Shown here: positions 59,829 through 64,000 of the stretch, in pieces
Numbering within the stretch: position 1 is the first letter of the stretch
Layout of the letters: every line of letters starts with the position of its first letter
Made by a program: the position numbers and the translations under genes
Notes under the pieces: model-generated
Databases searched by the model: none
The model's input: only the letters and a program-made list of their open reading frames with translations
Told to the model about the DNA's origin: nothing
NCBI GenBank assembly: GCA_040390065.1
Contig: JAZJZE010000005.1
Location: 341,170-405,169, forward strand
Length of the DNA: 64,000 nucleotides
Reading direction: 5' to 3'
Source: a bacterium
GTDB lineage: Archaea; Thermoplasmatota; E2; JACPAO01; JAHFTW01

Positions 59829-60443
59829 CTAGGTGGGGGGCCGCACGAAGCCGAACATCTTCCCTGCAGCGGACTTGCGCACGAGGTTTGCCAGGCGTTT
59901 GCGGAACTCCAGGGAACCGTGTCGCCGGCCGGCCTCCACGTACGCCACACGCAGCCGCCGATACTCCTCCGAGAACGAGCTGAAATTGCGCCATGCGGCT
60001 TCGTCGGCGCGCAAGGCCTCCTCGACATCTTGCTGCAGCTCCAGCGGCTCCTCAGGATCACTCGGGTCGAACCTGCCTTCGACCGCGGCCAGGCCGGCTG
60101 CCCGCATGCGCCCAGTCTTCACGAGTTTGCGCAAGCGCTGCCGGTTGGCCTCCGACACGCTGCTTCCCGCCCGGCGCGGGCTGAAACGCTGAGCCGTTCG
60201 TGCAGCGTCGACGGCCTTGACGGTACTGTCAATCCAGCCAAAGCAGAGCGCCTCCTCCACGGCGTCATCGTACGCAATCCGCGCACGGCCCGAAGACTTG
60301 CGCCAATACACGAGCCAGATTCCAGTCGCCTTGGCGTGATTCCGGCGCCGCCAGGAGCGCCAGGTGCTGCGATCGGCGCCGACGTCCAGGAGAGGGGATG
60401 GTGCACGCGCCCGGGGGGACGCCGTGGCCCGCTTGTCCGGCAT
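59829..60443 (-). CDS. YdeI/OmpD-associated family protein
   Basis: WRSW..RNH, Y.DAVEEALCFGWIDS, FSPRR..S, G.M..AG. Confidence 0.88.
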   Translation of the reverse strand: MPDKRATASPRARAPSPLLDVGADRSTWRSWRRRNHAKATGIWLVYWRKSSGRARIAYDDAVEEALCFGWIDSTVKAVDAARTAQRFSPRRAGSSVSEANRQRLRKLVKTGRMRAAGLAAVEGRFDPSDPEEPLELQQDVEEALRADEAAWRNFSSFSEEYRRLRVAYVEAGRRHGSLEFRKRLANLVRKSAAGKMFGFVRPPT

Positions 60444-60604
60444 CGCTCCGGCATGACCGTATCGCCTGAAAGGCAGTTCGTCTTCGCTCTTGCCAAACGA
60501 GGGTTGACCCCCGGCCCGACGCATGTTCCTACGTTGCCTGGCTCGCGCCACGGCCCGCTGGCAGTCTTGCTCAACGAACTTTGTAGTGGGTCCGGTACCG
60601 GATG

Positions 60605-60626
60605 GCTACAACACGGCTACAACACG
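60605..60626 (+). repeat. GCTACAACACG tandem repeat at the compositional boundary
   Basis: Two copies at 60605-60615 and 60616-60626; TTGTAG inverted partial copy at 60581. Confidence 0.6.
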
Positions 60627-60720
60627 AAGGCCGAGGGGGGCCCTTGGGGCAAGGCTTCAGAAGAAGCGGATTGTCTTAGGGAAAATGCCGTACGCTGAAG
60701 CCAAGGCATCAGAGGCGGCT

Positions 60721-61560
60721 TCAACACGGCTTGGGGACGCCGGCCATCTGAGACATGGCGCGACCTAGCGCCGGCCCCCAGAGAATCAAGTTACTGCCTA
60801 CGCCAGCGCCCCGAACACTTGGGTACTGGAAGCCCGATATGCCTAGCGTCTCAAGAAGGAAGCGAACCACGTGGCTTGGGCGGTAGATTGTTTCGTCCTG
60901 GTTAGCGTCCTGCTCGGCTACGAAGAGGATGGCGTTGAGGTGCGGATGCGTCGCCTCGGCGTTTCGAGGAAGTTCCAGGAAACGTAGTTCAGACAGGTCC
61001 AGCTCGAACGCCTGCATGTAGACCACGTCGGTGGCAGACGCGCGCATCTCGGCTCGAGCGACGGCCACCGTTTCCGCAAGGTAGAGGCATGGCTCCTTTC
61101 GTCCGTTGTATCGGCCTTCGCCGGTCGGCTTCGGGTTGGGCCCGTAGTGCGAGGGGTCTTCCGCTAAAGGCGGAAGCAAGCCGGCTCGAGCGCGAACATA
61201 CCTCCCAGTCCACGTTTGCGTCACCAGGGATTTCGCTTCGTCCAGAATCTGCTTCCCAACGGGCTCTGCCACCAGGGCACCAACCTGCGGGGGCCACACA
61301 TCAGCGCAGGCTGTGTCCAGGAAACCTCGAACGGCGTAATAGGCCGGCGGCGTCTTGGTGTTGATGACGGTCGCCAGTCGCTGCGTCCCGGCATGGGTCG
61401 CCACGCCAACAACGCTGTCCACCATGGTTTCGATTCCCATGCTGAACGTAACGGCGAGATCGCTCTTCATGCAATCCATGCATGCATGCGGGCCCTTCGG
61501 AACGTAGTTCGTTGAATCACCGACCACCCTTCCGCAGTGACGGCAAGTAACGGCAGACAT
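60721..61560 (-). CDS. RES domain protein with N-terminal CxxC/CxxC zinc finger
   Basis: YVRAR, GEGRYN, LYLAE...ARAE, YRPS, GFQYPSVR, NLILW; CRHC and CMDC. Confidence 0.82.
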   Translation of the reverse strand: MSAVTCRHCGRVVGDSTNYVPKGPHACMDCMKSDLAVTFSMGIETMVDSVVGVATHAGTQRLATVINTKTPPAYYAVRGFLDTACADVWPPQVGALVAEPVGKQILDEAKSLVTQTWTGRYVRARAGLLPPLAEDPSHYGPNPKPTGEGRYNGRKEPCLYLAETVAVARAEMRASATDVVYMQAFELDLSELRFLELPRNAEATHPHLNAILFVAEQDANQDETIYRPSHVVRFLLETLGISGFQYPSVRGAGVGSNLILWGPALGRAMSQMAGVPKPC

Positions 61561-61563
61561 CTG

Positions 61564-62133
61564 CTAGAATCCCGCCCGCAACAACTCGCCCGGCAAATCA
61601 ACCACATTGCGGACCTCGAAGCCCCACTTGTCCTGAATCTCTTTGGCGTAGTGCACGAAATGGCCGTCCTTGCTGTAGACGTAGACCTCGCGGCCATTCC
61701 CCACGAGCTTGCCGGCTTGGATCATGATGATGCGATCTCCCGGGTCTGGCATGCTAGATTTGGGCTTGCCCCCGGCATCGGGGAGCTTCTTTCCGACTAA
61801 TCGGAAGTAGTCCTCCGCGTCCTGTTCGTCAGCAGGCGTAACCACGGGATCCTCCTCCTTGGCAAGCTTCAGCGCCACTTCGAGGTCGGCTTGGACCTTG
61901 CGCACCAATCGGTTGAGTTTGTCGTAGCCATGGCCAGCGAGTCGTGTCGGCGCCTCCCGCTGAACGACGGCGCGGCTCTCGGCACGAATAATGGGAAAGG
62001 CAACGAGAACGCCATCCTTGTTGTCGACCATCTGGGCCAGGCGCGAGATATCAATGGCCTCAAAACTGCCATCGCCCCGCGAACCCCGCTCCTTGAACGC
62101 ATGGGCCACGAATGCGCTGCTTTCGGGAATCAC
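61564..62133 (-). CDS. PIN-like domain protein
   Basis: DPGDRII and VYSKDGHF resemble the C-terminal PIN acidic motifs; N-terminal IPESS is atypical. Confidence 0.5.
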   Translation of the reverse strand: MIPESSAFVAHAFKERGSRGDGSFEAIDISRLAQMVDNKDGVLVAFPIIRAESRAVVQREAPTRLAGHGYDKLNRLVRKVQADLEVALKLAKEEDPVVTPADEQDAEDYFRLVGKKLPDAGGKPKSSMPDPGDRIIMIQAGKLVGNGREVYVYSKDGHFVHYAKEIQDKWGFEVRNVVDLPGELLRAGF

Positions 62134-63035
62134 TACGAGAGTTCCGGGGGTTGGGATGCAGCCACCCCCTGGATGATTGCGTCCAAATCGTCGTCCGTCG
62201 GAACGGAGGCGTACCCGTAGACAGTTGCGAGTTCCTCGAGGGCCGAGAGCCGGAGGTCCAATTCTCGTTCGAGCTCTTTGGCTCCCGTCTTGGAGTCACC
62301 GAGAGCATCCTTTGCTCCGACCACGGTAGCGACTTGTTCGCAATTCCAGACGAGGAAGTGTTTGCCGGCGTCCGCGTTGCCATCCTCGTGAACGGCCTGG
62401 CGAACGCCTAGGAGGCACTGGTTGCCGAAGTCGAGGGCCGCGGCAGCAGAGAGGCTCACCTTCTCGCGCATGTTCCACTTACTGGCGGCCGTGAGCTTGA
62501 CTTCGAAATCTTTGCGGAGCGTTTCGTAGTGATCTCGAAACTCGCTTGGATCGTCCAGGGCCAAGATTTCGTGGCTGTACTTCGCTAGCTGACTGCCTGA
62601 GCGATTGAAGCGGTGGTTGATTGGCGCGGTCGCGAGAATTGCGCTGAATTCCTTAGCCTTGGGATGCCGTTCCAAGGTCGGCAATACCACGCGATGCAGG
62701 TAGTCGGATCCCTTGGGAGTAGGCGCAAACAGGACTTGGTCCGAGAGGCCATTCGGCATCTTCACTTTCTCAATCCGGAGAATTCCTGCGCCCTCTCCTT
62801 TGCGGGCCCGGCGCTCGACCTCCATAGTGGCCGGCCCCATCTGGAGAAGCGTGAATTTGTACGGAATCGGGAACCCTTCCATCTGAAGAAGGGCAAGAAC
62901 CTTCGTCGTTTTGACGATGCCTTCGGCCGTGTTTGTGGGATTGAGAGAGGCGGCGAGGAGTGTTTCCCACCCTGGCTCAAGCTTGGAAAGGTCCCCCGGC
63001 TCTGGGCGGCCAGCGTCAACCATTGAGTTGGCCAT
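62133..63035 (-). CDS. Hypothetical protein with N-terminal SocA/Panacea-like winged helix
   Basis: GIVKTTKVLALL....IPYKF....MGP pattern; 1-nt overlap with the PIN-like gene; CTTATA box at 63059-63064. Confidence 0.5.
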   Translation of the reverse strand: MANSMVDAGRPEPGDLSKLEPGWETLLAASLNPTNTAEGIVKTTKVLALLQMEGFPIPYKFTLLQMGPATMEVERRARKGEGAGILRIEKVKMPNGLSDQVLFAPTPKGSDYLHRVVLPTLERHPKAKEFSAILATAPINHRFNRSGSQLAKYSHEILALDDPSEFRDHYETLRKDFEVKLTAASKWNMREKVSLSAAAALDFGNQCLLGVRQAVHEDGNADAGKHFLVWNCEQVATVVGAKDALGDSKTGAKELERELDLRLSALEELATVYGYASVPTDDDLDAIIQGVAASQPPELS

Positions 63036-63254
63036 GGAGTCCATGTGAAGTGAAGGCCTATAAGAGCGTTGATACGAGTTGGGTGAAAGTGAATAGGCAG
63101 GACTCAATAGTAGAAGTTTTGGTCACCTTGTAATATAAGAAGGCAGCCATATTCGAACTGCGAGTCCTCGAATGACTTCACGACGCGGTCCTGGATCCAA
63201 AGGCTCAGCGACTTGTAGCCCGCCTTCGTCGCCAGGTCGCGGCAAATTCCTGTC

Positions 63255-63956
63255 CTAACCCAGCAATTCCGCGCGCAACCGTTTCAGGCTTCCCACAACG
63301 CTGGCGCGGCCTTCGCCCTCTAGCAGAACGCGCACGCCCTCGCGTGCGACGTTGACCTTGACGGGCGGCGTTTTGAGTTCCAGCAAAATGGCAGCTGTGA
63401 AGTCGTACCAATAGTGGTCACGATCTGCCACAGTCAGCAGGGACCACAAGACCGGCGCCAAGGCAGCAATAGACTTTGGTCGATGTTCCGCCAGATCCTG
63501 CACCAGCGACAGAACGCTAGCGGCATAGTAGGGTGCGGGGTGGTCGTGGTCTCGTAGGTCTTCGAGCTCTGTAGAGAGCCACGCTGCAGCTTCGCGCGGG
63601 TGCCGGTCAAGGATGTCCAGCGCTGCGTCGCGAACTTCTTCCGACCCTGACAAATGCATTCCCACGAGGAATGTTGACAGCTTCTCGAGGGCCTCCTCAG
63701 GCTGGATTTCGCCTGCGCCAAGTGCCGTGAGGATTGCCGACGGCGACCGACCGATCTTTAAGTGCCATACCGGCCAAGCCAGTTCGCAGGCTGGGTCCCG
63801 AGCCGGCGGTTTCTTGGCCCCGAAGATGGCGCGGATCTCTGCGGGCAGCAGGTCCGGGCGACTGAACCCGATGTTGGACAAAGCCCACAGAAGCGGAGCA
63901 GGGCGACCGGCCCGCTTCCGAAGGCGTTCGAGCAACGCCGGGACCGTTCCCTCCAC
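63255..63956 (-). CDS. Hypothetical helical-repeat-like protein
   Basis: 233-aa ORF with amphipathic helices (EEVRDAALDIL). Confidence 0.5.
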   Translation of the reverse strand: MEGTVPALLERLRKRAGRPAPLLWALSNIGFSRPDLLPAEIRAIFGAKKPPARDPACELAWPVWHLKIGRSPSAILTALGAGEIQPEEALEKLSTFLVGMHLSGSEEVRDAALDILDRHPREAAAWLSTELEDLRDHDHPAPYYAASVLSLVQDLAEHRPKSIAALAPVLWSLLTVADRDHYWYDFTAAILLELKTPPVKVNVAREGVRVLLEGEGRASVVGSLKRLRAELLG

Positions 63957-64000
63957 TAGCTCCGGGCGACCGTACCCAATCCAGCCGATCGCTCGGATTA

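Larger units (their letters stand above)
60570..64000. mobile_element. Probable genomic island edge
   Basis: Visibly lower GC and different codon usage; toxin-antitoxin-like cargo; no integrase within the window. Confidence 0.45.

Noticed and set aside
58686-60698. 670-aa ORF spanning EamA and YdeI
   Set aside because: Overlaps well-supported genes in other frames; low-complexity translation

Overview
High-GC prokaryotic genomic window, most likely archaeal (Thermoplasmatota-like). This is an inference from a bat-type HTH_10 regulator, a tandem Lrp/AsnC regulator, TTTA/CTTA boxes about 25-35 nt before apparently leaderless starts and a GGTGA Shine-Dalgarno; no universal marker gene is present. 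From left to right it holds: the end of a sufS-sufU-sufT operon; two cupredoxin lipoproteins; an acyl-CoA carboxylase operon wrapped around a 3047-aa type I PKS/FAS; a membrane alpha/beta hydrolase and beta-oxidation genes; TCA genes (aconitase, fumC, icd); a pentameric ligand-gated ion channel; three paralogous large-ectodomain, membrane-anchored double-wHTH regulators near a secreted six-cysteine peptide; a roughly 15-kb ArsR/SRPBCC/VOC detoxification-type cluster; and the edge of a lower-GC island with a Panacea-like/PIN-like/RES cassette. The best candidate for an undescribed system is the megasynthase (KS-AT-KS-ACP-ACP-ACP-KR-DH-PPTase). Both KS domains keep Cys-His-His, all three ACPs have Thr where the phosphopantetheinylated Ser should be, and it carries its own PPTase and extender-unit supply. 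The second candidate is the peptide plus transmembrane transcription factor set. All assignments rest on motif recognition by eye; no database searches were run.
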